Of a stretch of 64,000 nt of DNA, positions 13,043-24,282 are shown piece by piece. Made by a program: the position numbers and the translations under genes. The DNA comes from Gnetum montanum. Taxonomy: Eukaryota > Plantae > Gnetophyta. The notes under the pieces are model-generated. The model was not told where the DNA came from, made no database searches, and saw only the letters and a program-made list of their open reading frames with translations. The stretch's first letter is position 1; each line of letters opens with the position of its first letter. The stretch spans positions 844,424-908,423 of the forward strand of contig MNCI01002249.1 of the NCBI GenBank assembly GCA_015680685.1. The letters are read 5' to 3'.

Positions 13043-15204
13043 CTACTACAACACATCACAGTAAAGCGTTAAATTGGTACCATGTTTTGTCAATTCTGTG
13101 ACTAAGAAAAACAACCATTAGTAAGAAGTCTACAGATAATATTTTTGACATGAATTATTGTGGCAGATACATTGTTATATTTTTGTTTTTTTCAAAAAAA
13201 GACAGTTATGTTGTAAAGCACTCCAACTCAATATAATATCATCACAGCATACCAAGACACTGCCAAAAACCTATGACACACCAACTGCATAAAAACAAGC
13301 ATATCGTATTTAAAGTTGCATAAGTTCTGTATCTAACTGATATGCCTTTTCTTCATAATACCCAACAAAAAATTTCTCAGGAATCCAATCATATAAGCTT
13401 TCTCCATGTCAACAAAGATTATTCAAATGTTTCTCCTTAAAAAGAAAACTGCCTTCATAGTTAACCTTCCCAGCATGAATCCAAGGTAATTTTCAGATAT
13501 TATTCATTCTTGTCATAAACACCACTCCACTACCGTGAGGGTAAAGCACTGCAAAGTGATACTTAGAGCACTCAAGTAAGCCTCTGATGGGAAGCATGCT
13601 GCAAAGTGAGGATGCAGTAAGCACAGTGATTGGAAACATAATCTCAAAAGTATGTTGAAGTGAACAAAGTGAGCATGTGAGTTGAAGCCTACTTCCTTGG
13701 TCACGTTCGTATAAAATACTTCCAAAAGTAGGCCTAAGGAAACACAATGGCTCAAGCTTTGACGAGGGAGACAAGGTATGGGCTACCCTTATTATATTTT
13801 TTTGCATGTTAAACAATGCCAATACTGGAAGTTAATGAAATCACAAGTCAAGGCATGATACAATGGTTGGATTCCTATGAATTCATTATTAACTTAGGAT
13901 ATGAAATGTGTTGGTGATTGGTTAAATGGCCTATAATTCTTCTTTGTAATTAGTTGAGTTGTGCTAATGTGTGTTGTGTTTATTGCTATGCATGCAAGTA
14001 TCAGGTATGTATTGTATGCTGATTCAGCATATTTTAATGTAATTAATAAAAAAATGTTGAATAGAGATGGAGCTGAAATGTTGTATTGTTTGTGAGGTTA
14101 CTACTATGTTTTGAATCTTTTGATTGTTCATATGTTGTATGACCTATGTGCATTGAAATGATTTCTTGAACTAATTAAAATGTTTCTTTGTGAACTGTAA
14201 GTATCAATGTGGTTATCTCATGTACAAGCTGTGTTGTGTGTTCATACAAGTTGTGGATCTGTTATCTCCAGGTGTTATTGTGTGGATACTAACTATTGAG
14301 CAATCAAATCTGAAAAGAAGAAAAAGAAGGATTCTTTATGTTATGACTTAAAGGGCTGAAATAGGCATGTTTTGCTTAGCATGAATCATTTGTTAAAACA
14401 CACACATACACATTGCTGAGGAACTTGACAAGTGAATCAAGTGGAAGGAACATGACCTATGCATCAAGAATATAAGGTATATCATGGTTGTGTTATTTTA
14501 AAATAATGAACATGCAGAATGTTGTGTATGATTTCAATGCACTATTCTTTAGAGTTTTAATAGAATATAAGTATCCCTCCATAGCTGTAAAAAGTTCTCC
14601 TGATAACCTTTCAAGGCATCGTAATATAATGTTTGAATGTTTTATAACTGTCAATTTTCTATTCTGTTAGATTAGGAGGAACTGAACCTAAGATCTGACA
14701 CAATCAGAATTCCAAGATGTTGAAAGTTGCAGATCTGGAAATTGAACCTGCAACCTGTTAGAATATATTTTTAATAATGTTTAGCAGCGATCAAGAAATT
14801 AATGAATTTAAAAAATAATGAAAGTTAAGCTTCACCCCCTTGTCTGTCAATTTATTCTCATATTGAGAGTGATAAAATCAGTGAAAATCTTTGCCCTTCA
14901 ATATTTCTCTTACTAAATATCTGTTAGGTTCTTTCACATGTGATTTGCAAGTGAGGAACCTGGTTTCTATGCAATTATTATTCTCATAAAACTCCTCCAT
15001 CAATTGCCTCACCAAGCAAACAACCTCAAGAGCTAAACTTTCTAACAGGAGCCTGAATAGATTTTCAGGTGCAAAAACTATCGCAGACAGATGACAAATA
15101 AGGAAATTTAATTAAATGACAGTGATACGTATGATGTCTAATGCTTCTGAAAACATTTAAGTTAATCCAGAAATAAAGCAAAAAAATACAAAGAAAAAGA
15201 AAAC

Positions 15205-15294
15205 CTCTATAATGATTCGCAACAATATATCTTGATGTTGACCAGGGAGCTTTGATAGGCCCGACAGCATTTCAGGTGCAATATGCATTTTTTC
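15205..15294 (-). CDS. ECM29: ECM29 exon 3
   Basis: ag|EKMHIAPEMLSGLSKLPGQHQDILLRIIIE|gt; 90 nt; resembles ECM29 SKLPxQHQEIILR. Confidence 0.9.
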
Positions 15295-15406
15295 CTATTA
15301 TACAGAACCAAAACAGCAAGCATATAGATTTATTAAATTTGTATAATTATGTAATTTTTTTTGTAAAAAATCAGAAAAAAGGAGTTTTAGCAGGGGAAAG
15401 AAAAAC

Positions 15407-15574
15407 CTCTAAAGGAAGCCGATTTAATGCCATCTCAATGTAGATGATGGCAAAGTTTTTCACCATTGGTGCACTGTCCAGGCTTTGGTATAGATTCCAT
15501 AATTCGTTTATTGGCAGTTGAATAGCTGACTGATCTTTCACTCGCCTGTTAATATGTTTCAATATCTCCATGAC
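15407..15574 (-). CDS. ECM29: ECM29 exon 2
   Basis: ttacag|VMEILKHINRRVK...APMVKNFAIIYIEMALNRLPLE|gt; 168 nt, phase 0/0. Confidence 0.92.
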
Positions 15575-16399
15575 CTGTAAAACATTGTAACCAATATAGT
15601 GCACAAGCTCGTTTCCACAAAATTTTTTATGTTTAATGTTTAATTTAGAAACAACTTCAACTCGGGAATTTTAAATCGGAAAATTCCAATAAACTATTTC
15701 AAGAAAACATAAAGCCTAAAATCATGTTATAAAGCTATACCATATGTAATATCATATTCTGTAATACTTCAAAGAAATATTTTGTCAGCCTTATTTGACA
15801 TTAAAATTTGAGTCGCTAAAACAACGCACGCCTACGGAATAACAGCAAATACAAGTAAAGTATTTACTTCTTAAAACATTATACAACTGACCATAACTGA
15901 CCATGAAAAATCAGCTTACTCAAACGGTTGGAAACTGAATATAGTTTTCACAGTACAAACTTCCTATGTTTCTTCAAATTTCAGCAAATTGGATTAGTAC
16001 AAAGGGAACTCAGAAATATTCCCAATGGTCAGCTACTTCCATGTGCCATTTACCGATGACCAATTACTTACATATCAAATATTCTTTTGATTACTTCCGC
16101 GTTAAATAAACCAGTGCAATGGCAAAACTGATAAGCAACGTACGTATTGTAAATTAGACAGCATCTTTCTCGCAGAACTTTCTTGCCGAAAAATACGAAT
16201 GTCAGCACAAGAGTGCTGGTTGCGATGAGAAAGTAACGATAATAGGGCACAAGAACAAGCAAACGGAGAAAGAATTAACAAGATTATCAGCCCTTCAGGT
16301 GTCAATTCTAAAGCCTCTGCACTAGGGCATGCAAAAATACAAAACTTATGTTTCTTTGGCGTGCAAAAAATCATCGTAGTTGAAGGAGAGACGGCGTAC

Positions 16400-16570
16400 T
16401 TTCTGTCTAATAGAAGTTTGAGGCGAAGAGAGACATGAAATAACGAAAGGGAGGAGCTTCGAGAGCACAGTCTGTAGCTTGGAGTCGTCGGTGAGGGCGA
16501 GGCGCGTGAGCATTCGATCTAGCATGGCTTCCTTCTCCATGTCTTCATTCGCTGTTGCTGCCTCTGCCAT
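16400..16570 (-). CDS. ECM29: ECM29 proteasome adaptor/scaffold, exon 1
   Basis: ATG at 16570; MAEAATANEDMEKEAMLDRMLTRLALTDDSKLQTVLSKLLPFVISCLSSPQTSIRQK matches the plant ECM29 N-terminus (MLDRMLTRLALCDDSKL); GT donor at 16399. Confidence 0.93.
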
Positions 16571-16879
16571 CCTCTGTTCACGTATTTCGATCCCTTACGT
16601 TGCAAAATTTTCTCCTCTCACCACCAACGCCTGATCTGCTACGAAATTGTAATACTGTGCCCTCCTCCCAAAGCAACAAGATTGTCCTGCAATGCCTTGA
16701 CGCTCAAAACACCGAATTTGGGGCTTCCAGCAATCGTTGCTATAAGTTCGAATGCGCATTTGTTGCAAACAGGTTCGAAATCCCTTTTATGTGAAAAATA
16801 GAAAAGTTATACGTAGTTGACTCTGTAAACCTGGAGGTAACCAAACTCACCAAATACGCTGTTTTTTTCATTTGCTTGT

Positions 16880-17030
16880 CCCTTTTAAAATATTACCAAT
16901 TGATAATATATTATTTAACGTTTTTACATGTCAGCGTCCACGTTTCCCACGTACCATTTTGTAGGATTTTGCGGGCATTGTAAAGAGCGCGTGAATTCGA
17001 CGGGCACTGGTAGCCATCGACAATTTATCT
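16880..17030. mobile_element. Possible MULE/MITE TIR remnant in the CpG-retaining ECM29 upstream region
   Basis: ACATGTCAGCGTCCACGT and paired CGGGCA motifs like those of Mutator TIRs; no partner TIR found. Confidence 0.3.
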
Positions 17031-17771
17031 GATTACGGTCAGCAATTTATGTTATAAAGTGCTGCTCCTCGGATTTTCACCTGGCAAACAAATTAGAACA
17101 AAGTCATTTAAGGGTCTGTAAAAGAGTTGGCCACCTTTTCACATCCAAATTGGCATTTGGAAATTGAATATGGATATTGCGTTTAAGTTTTCTGTTAGTT
17201 TCCATCTATAGTCGAGTCATCAACCATTGTATTTTAATTCCTGCTGCAATGGCCAATGCATTGTGTGGCTTCTGCTATTGCAGTAAGTTAGCAAAGCGTG
17301 ATGACGTAGGGGTCGCTAGGCAAAGCCTACGATCAGCGGATCTACAAGCAATAGTTGCTGCTGCTGCTGCTGCTGTAACCTCTGATTGATGGTTAAGCTG
17401 GGGATGGTGTTGGTGCAGCAATTTCGGCTTGATGGTAGTGTTAGTTATGGTAGCCGGAATATAATCCATTAGCATCCAATTAAGTTGATGAGTCTTTCCA
17501 TTTTAGCTGAAATGTGTGTTTTTCCATCTAAAAAAATTAGAAGTTGATAAATATATTATTATTCTAAATTTATGTATTATTGAAACTAAATAACTACAAG
17601 TGATTACCATAATTTTACCCATTTTTCAAAACTTGAAGTTTAAATTTGTACTCATATTTTATAAGAAAATAGATCATGTGAACAAGCATCAATTTCACAC
17701 ACTGATCGTAACTCTCACCTATCTAGGTACTAAACCAGTAAGTGAAGATAGGTATCTAACCCATGAACAAA

Positions 17772-17840
17772 GGTAAGTATGGAACCTACGACCTCCTTTA
17801 CAGAAGACGAGTGTCTAACTACTCCACTACACCTTTGGGT
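17772..17840 (-). mobile_element. tRNA-derived SINE head or tRNA pseudogene
   Basis: GGTGTAGTGGAGTAGTTAGACAC...GGTCGTAGGTTCCATAC carries A/B-box-like motifs; cloverleaf is imperfect. Confidence 0.45.
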
Positions 17841-18237
17841 GCCCCTACATATCATTTTGTTGGTATTCAATCTAAGATACCTATTAAACATTGGTTGTTT
17901 GAGCACAAGTTCATTCATACTAGAGGCCAAAATATTGAATTGTCTTTTTCATACTTGTACTTAGTCACTTACCCATCGTGTGTTGTTGGTGGATGTGTCG
18001 CGGGGTGGGTCAAGGTGGGGGGTGCAATGTGGAGTGTGGTGGGGATGGAGGGGACCCAAAATAAGTGAGACATAGGTACACCCCAAGATTTATAGAAGTT
18101 TATAACTCAATACCTAGTAGAATCAAGCCTATGACCCAAAGTCACTTACCCGTCACGTGTGGTCAACCCTACCCTTGGGACATTGAAATAATCCTCCAAT
18201 ATAAAAAGCAAATAAAAATATTGTATATACAACTAAG

Positions 18238-21200
18238 TGTGGACCTTTTGGTGTGTCAAAACATTAAGAAAAATAGAGACAAAGGTTATGTTATGTAGTT
18301 GTTGTGGGTGTAGGACCAAGATGAGATGACAAGGAACACATTGATGTAGACAAAAGGAGAAAGTTTTCCACAAGGTTTCAAGGTCTCATCCACAAAAGGA
18401 AAGCTCAAAGGAAAAGAATTCAAAGAACATGGACAAGCAAAGTCGTCATCATTGATGCACGCAAAAATGCAAGATTATGAAGAGGGAACGAAGAATTCAT
18501 CATGGAAATGAAGAAGAAGAAAGATGTCTTCAAGAAATAGTAGACGTCTTGGCAGAATTGGAAGATGCACAAACAAAGATGTCTCCAAGAAACAATAAAC
18601 GTCTTTTATTAGGCAAAGATGCCTTCACCAGACAAAGACATCTTCACAGAATGTAGGCCAATTTAAAAAAGATGTCTTTCACTAGACAAAGATGTCTTCC
18701 CAGAATGAAGATTTCAGAAAGACATCTTTCCTAGACAAAGACGTCTTACTAAAATAAAAGGCAAATATAGAAAGATGTCTCAAGCACAAAGAAGACATCT
18801 TCCATGACCACTAGCTACCATTAGCTAGTCGTTGCACAAGTTCCAAGATGGATTTGGAAACATGATAGCTATAAAAAGACATCATATGCATTTGGAAATG
18901 TGAAAGCTTATGTGTAATCATTGTCTAATCATTTGTCAATCATTGTAATCATTGTTTCTCTTCATTATATTATCATTTGTCCATTATAAAGTGTGTTGTA
19001 GCTTAAAGTACAAGGATCAACAAACTGAGTTGCATTCCTTCCTTGTATTTGTTCTCCCTTGTTGCCCTATAGGATTGAGGTGCTTCTTACAGGAAGGCAT
19101 CTTGATTGAGCTTGTTGGGATCTTACAAGATTAAGTGGTTGAAGTTGTAGCACAACACTCCTAAGTAGAGCTTAAGATTGTAAATGTTGTGAAAGCTTGG
19201 AAACCACATTCCAAGCCTAATGAGACCTTGCAGAATTGAGTGGTTGGTGTAGTGTCACAACACTCCAGAGTTGGGCTTGAAGATTGTACAAGGTGTGGAC
19301 CCTTCAATCCACATTTGAAAGTAACAAAGTTCTGAGGTGTGCTTATGATCTACCCTCTAAGTGTGGACTACCTAAGTTGGGGAACCATGTTAAATTTGGT
19401 GTATGTGCTTTTTCCAAAGAATTTCAATTTAGGGAACTTATTCATCCCCCCACATTCTAAGCTCAATGATCCACAAGTGGTATTGGAGCCTCGTACTCGT
19501 TTTTGTAATCATCAACTTCAAGAGTGAACAATGGAGGGGACATCTTACACAAAGCCACCTATGTTCAATGGATTCAACTTCACATTTGAAAAGCTAGAAT
19601 GCAAGGATTCTTCGAATCCATAGAGTTTGAAGTGTGGGAGTCAATCCTTGAAGGCTTCACTCTAACTATTGACAACTCCACCGACATTGTCAACCCTTGC
19701 CACAAATGAACATAAGAGGAAAAGGATGAGTTCATGTTTGATTCAAAAGTAAAAAAATTATTTATTTTATGCATTGAATAAATCTAAATTTAATAGAGTA
19801 GCAGGATGTCAAATAGCCAAAGAAATTTGGCAAACTTTAGAAGCTACTTTTGAAGAAACATCTATTATTAAGCAATCGAAATTGTTAGTTTTACAAAGTG
19901 AATACGATAGACTCAAAATGAAAGAAGGTGAGAAAATAAAAAATTATTTTTATAGAGCTAATGATCTTGTTGTAGCTATTAGAGGAACAAGTAAAGATTT
20001 GTCTAAAAGCGATGTCATTGTCAAAATGATCAGAACTCTACAACCAAAGTAGAGACCATAGGTCATGGCTATGGAGGAGATCAAAAATTTCTCAACCTTA
20101 TAATTTGAAGAGTTTCAAAATGCTCCCATTACTTATGAAATGAATCTCACAAGTGAAGGAGTGATCCAAGAAAGACCTATTGCTCTAAAGATTGCATCCA
20201 AGGAGAAGGAGTTCAATGAACATGATGATGATAGCTAAGATGAGATTACCTCTCTCAAGGAAGTTGCAACAATTGCTAACAAGAAGAAACAAGGAGGCAT
20301 CACAACAAAGAACCCAATTTTCTCAAAGGTAGAAAAAGAGGTAGAAATTTTTTAAATTCTAACTTAGATTTTAATTCCATAGAATGTTGGGTTTGTGGAG
20401 GAAGAGGTCATATGACCTTTGAATGTCCTAATGATCTTAGTGATAGCAAGATATAGCCAAAGAATAGATCCAATGATGAGAAACTAAAAAAGACCAACTT
20501 TTATACAAGTTGGAATGATGATGAACAAAGTGAAGAATAAGCATGTAATTCTTCCAAAAATTCACATCTCATATGCATGGTAGTTACAAATGAAATTTCC
20601 TCACATATGGCTGAACAAGATGGTAAGTGTGACAAAAGGTATAGCAAACTTAAAGAAGAAAATTTTCATCTACATCAATTGATTAGGAAGGCAAAGAAAT
20701 TTGTAATTTCTAAATTGGATGCTATTCATGCTAAAGTGAAAGAAGAGATCTTAGACATAAAAAGCTGAGATTCAACAACTAACCTCTTTTAATAATGATT
20801 GCAACAAGGTTCAAGAAGAGGAGACTCCTGAAAAATAGCCAACGAATTTAGAGGAAGCCACACATGAAAATTCAAGCTCAAGCATAGACAAGTTTGATAA
20901 TTTTGATCATAAGGATAATACTTTATTTGTTTGTAAAAATTGTGGTTGTAAGTAAACTCTTAACTATACTCATGATAATCAAAACAAAATTAATGCTTGG
21001 TATTGTCAAAAAGGCTCTGGTAAGGAAATTGTGTAGGTACCAATAAGCAAGAATGAAGAGAAGTGGAGAATTGAAAATGATGTAATAAGTGATCAAAGGT
21101 TTTATCATAAAGAGCATGAATAAATACAAACATCACATATATGATCTAATGAAAGAGAACCAAAGGATGAGAAGGTACTTCATGATAGGGGACCTCATCT

Positions 21201-22897
21201 CAAACTCCATTATTCTTCTCTTCTCCCCTACAAGCAAGGTAAGTCAAGGTAAGCTTCCATCTCTTTGCTTGCTAGTTAATAAGAATGGTATTTGAAGTCC
21301 AAAATTATTTGTATCTTGAAAAATGGTGGCATAATTGCTTAGAGCATCCCTTACATTCATTTTTGAGCTTGATATAATTGGTTCTATGAAAATATATGTG
21401 TAGCACTTATTTCAATTTCCTTTGGAACATCATCTTATTGGTTTTTGTCGTGTTTTTAATCTTGTTTAATCTGAACTTATTGTGATGATCTGCTTCTAAG
21501 CTCATGGCCTTTGGAATATTTTTGCTATTTAGATAAGACAAGCCTTTGAAACATCCTATCAATATTACTGATTACAAACCTTAGTCTTAACAGTTGAGCT
21601 TAATGTTGACCTACAGTTGTAGTGTTTTTATGATTTACAACATTTGTACATTAATATCCCAAGATAAGCAGCACATGTGTAGGGGGAGCCTGTTCCTCAT
21701 TTTGAAGATCACCAATGTAGGAAAAGTCTTTAGAGACTTCAACCAAGAGACACTAAAATAACAAAATATTCCAAAATGAGCAAGATAAGGACATCAAGAG
21801 GTATTTTTCTTTTAAGTGGATGGCTTAGTCTTGAATTTGTGTTTTTGATATCCTTTGGCATGATTATCACATCATTTTGGAAAAATGGTTGTGTTTGTGA
21901 CATTACCTTGTACAAAGATCAAAATGTGCATGTTTCTCTCATGGTTTCCATATCCTTTGTGTTGATGTTTTTCAAATTTTTGGTTGAATATAAAGATACA
22001 AGTTCTAATGAGATAATGGTTTCAATTAGATAGGCTACTTGATCTATATTTGGTCTTTAGCATCAAATTATGTGTTGTAGATCCTTGTTTTGAACTGATA
22101 AGAGTAAGTCTTGATGTATCATTAGCCTACCTATTCGATATTCAAGCATAAGTTGAAGTAAGAAGTACCTATATTTTATGAAAGAATGCAAATAGTGATA
22201 TTATTCCTTACAAAAATATGAGCAAGAACATGATCATTCTAATTATGGGAAAGTACCCATGATTTTAATTGAAATATGCTTTGAGTAGTTTGCCTTGAGA
22301 TGTACTTCCTAGCTCATGAATTTAAAATATGGCATGGCTAGTTTCACATTATGAAGTTGTATTGTTGTATACACCTTATCATATAAGATATGCCTTAATC
22401 TTTTGTTCATGTTTTTAAAAGGATGGAAAATATTTGAACATTAAAAGAACCATGCACTATAAACTACTAATGACTCATTAATTTAGAGATAGGTTACTTG
22501 ATCTTCCAGGCTTATACTTCACTTCAAGCTTTAAGTTTGAATATCACTTGGAAGGCTTGGATCAGCTCTTGACAAATTCAGGGCAACTCATCTTGGAACT
22601 TTGTGTTGAAAAATGTGTGCACTTTAATTGAGCTTCTTACTTAGCTAAATGTTTTTTTTTTTGGATTATGACATTATGCATATTCTTTAATCAATTTATG
22701 TGCCTTATCCCTTTTGTTGCTGTTCANAAACATTAAGAAAAATGGAGACAAAGGTTGTGTTGTGTGGTTGTTTTGGTTGCAGGACCAAAATGAGATGACA
22801 AGGAACACACTGATGTAGGAAAAAGGAGAAAGTCATCCACAAGGTTTCAAGGTCTCATCCACAAAAGGAAAGCTCAAAGGAAAAGAATTCAAAGAAC
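18238..22897 (+). mobile_element. SIRE/Maximus-type Ty1/Copia element, pol deleted, 3' LTR interrupted
   Basis: 5' LTR 18238-19475 (TGTGGA...TCCACA, TTCATCCCCCC end motif); PBS TGGTATTGGAGC at 19478; gag from 19531; 3' LTR copy 22728-22897 follows an N at 22727. Confidence 0.85.
19531..20770 (+). pseudogene. Decayed SIRE gag
   Basis: MEGTSYTKPPMFNG.., AKEIWQTLEATFEETS, KMKEGEKI, zinc knuckle CWVCGGRGHMTFEC; multiple stops. Confidence 0.85.
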
Positions 22898-24282
22898 TGT
22901 TGGTGACTATTTGGAATCACCAATGTTGGAGACCTTTGGGATCGATAGTGTTCTTCAAACAAGGTTCAGGTACTTACTAGTCTCTAGCAACACCAAGGCC
23001 CAAATACTTCCAAATAAGCTCAGTAGTTATGAAACGTACTAAACATGTGTGTTTTTCTGTTGTGCATGTTGAAATAGTTGGGTTGTGTATTAAATAGTAA
23101 TCAACTATCATAAAGATGTTTGGCTAACTTTGTCAAATATTGTGAGTTGTTGAAGGTTCCTATTTTGTATAATCACTTAGCCTATATGGTTCTGATAGCA
23201 CACTACTTGTAACAAATAAAATTTTACAAAAAAATTTGAACATAATTTTGCCAATCTACTCCTAATTTACCTCAGAGAGAAAGTTGCACAAAAAAACTAC
23301 AAATAGAGCGAGATTCAATGGACTTAGAAAGAGAATGAAAAGAACAGTAGAATTGTGTGAAATCTGAAATATCTAAGTAAGATAAAGTCACACGAGGAAA
23401 CACTTCACAATAAAGCTATTCCTAAGTCAATAACTACGAATTGTCCAAACTTCCTAAGCTCAACAAGTAATTTCATAAAGATAATCTTATTATACTACAA
23501 AAAACTACTATGTAAACAATAAAGTACAAGTCTCTATTTTGGCTAGTTAATAGTTGTCAACAATTGCATTCAATAGAGCTTTCAAATATCTGACAATTTC
23601 AAGGTTGAAATATTAAAGTAATACACTTTAAAACAATAAAGCTATTTTAGTTTTTTCAAAATACCAACTATTTTTCTAGATCCTTTATGCTCAAAATAGG
23701 TAATATTGTTAAGACAATACTATTAAATTTCTCCTAAAGCTTTTCAACAACATAAGCTCTTCTATGGAAAATCTTAATAGAAGTCTAATATTGTGCAAAA
23801 ATAGAGCTATGAAAGTAACCTAGAGAAAATCCCAAAATTAAATGCCAAGCATGATACTACGTAAACCATTAGCTAAGCAACTAAAAAAAAATGGAAAAGA
23901 ATGAACTCATAGGATTAAAAAGAAGCAACTGAATTGATGTCTTAAGTAAGCCATCTTATAAGTAATTTTCAATTGTCTTTTCCAAATTCTCCCAATCCAC
24001 CTTTTTAACTCTACCCTTGAAGCCCTTTTCTAGTGGCTTTGGGTAGTTACAATAATCATGAAAAGTTGAGGGTATTATAAATACATAGGGAGATTAATTA
24101 ATAACCATCCTAGAAGTTATAACTAATATAGGAAGTTATTGGAAATTTAAGCTATGATGGCTAAGTGTTTTCTTTGTGATGAAAAGCTAAAAATATCATG
24201 AAGTTTTTAATACTAACCATCATAGGAAGTTACAACTTCCATAGAAATAAAAGGAGCCATAGCCAACTATCTTCTTCATATA
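22898..24282 (-). mobile_element. Probable 3' LTR (~22898-23242) and 3' UTR of a retroelement inserted in the SIRE 3' LTR
   Basis: SIRE LTR homology stops exactly at TGTTGG 22898; candidate other terminus TGAACA at 23242; may belong to the Tat-like pol at 28.2-30 kb (inference). Confidence 0.4.

Noticed and set aside
17772-17840. Functional tRNA gene
   Set aside because: The B box is degenerate and the stems do not form a proper cloverleaf; treated as a SINE or pseudogene.
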